The notes under the pieces are model-generated. The model did not search any database, was not told the DNA's origin, and was given only the letters and a program-made list of their open reading frames with translations. A stretch of DNA of 64,000 bases, taken from Macrostomum hystrix (taxonomy: Eukaryota > Animalia > Platyhelminthes). The stretch's first letter is position 1; each line of letters begins with the position of its first letter. The stretch spans positions 18,662,001 through 18,726,000 of the forward strand of contig CATNEN010000039.1 of NCBI GenBank assembly GCA_950097015.1, given 5' to 3'. Made by a program: the position numbers and the translations under genes. Shown one piece after another: positions 63,722-64,000 of the stretch.

Positions 63722-64000
63722 GTCAACATGGGAGTCATCATCAAAATGGGGATCATGTTAAACTGGGGGATAATCGTCAACTGGAGGATCATGGTAAACT
63801 GGGGGATAATTGTCAACTGGGGGATCATTGTCAACTGGGGGGTCATTGTCAACTGGGGGATCATCATCAAATGGGGGATCATGGTCAACTTGGGGATCAT
63901 TGTCAACTGGGTGATCATTGTCAACTGGGGGATCATTGTCAACTGGGGGATCATTGTCAACTGGGGGATCATTTTCAACTGGGGGATCATTGTCAACTGG
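63722..64000. repeat. 18-bp minisatellite (caactgggggatcattgt), runs off window end
   Basis: 18-bp period. Confidence 0.95.

Overview
Eukaryotic (metazoan) genomic DNA with GC-rich exons, canonical GT-AG introns and a very high density of minisatellites. This pattern is reminiscent of free-living flatworms such as Macrostomum, but that is an inference. I reconstructed four spliced genes by hand with consistent intron phases. (1) NEMF/Rqc2, minus strand, 5 exons, ~1116 aa. (2) A DDX21/DDX50-type DEVD RNA helicase, minus strand, 5 exons, ~694 aa, ending only ~1.1 kb upstream of NEMF. (3) STT3B, plus strand, 6 exons, ~813 aa. (4) An unrecognised gene, minus strand, 5 exons, ~743 aa, fusing four dispersed C2H2/C2HC zinc fingers to a KIAA1958/DUF3504-type (Crypton tyrosine-recombinase-derived) domain that lacks the C-terminal catalytic motifs. 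The window also holds two tandem intronless paralogues encoding small secreted 8-Cys proteins and a candidate secreted acidic Thr/Asp heptad-repeat protein (56.2-59.8 kb). The rest is about 27 distinct tandem arrays, three tRNA-headed SINE families, several MITEs (one nested stack), probable Helitron 5' ends, and a solo LTR containing a repeat-spacer array of LTR-end plus tRNA-Leu PBS units. Most long ORFs in the supplied track are artefacts of stop-free minisatellites.
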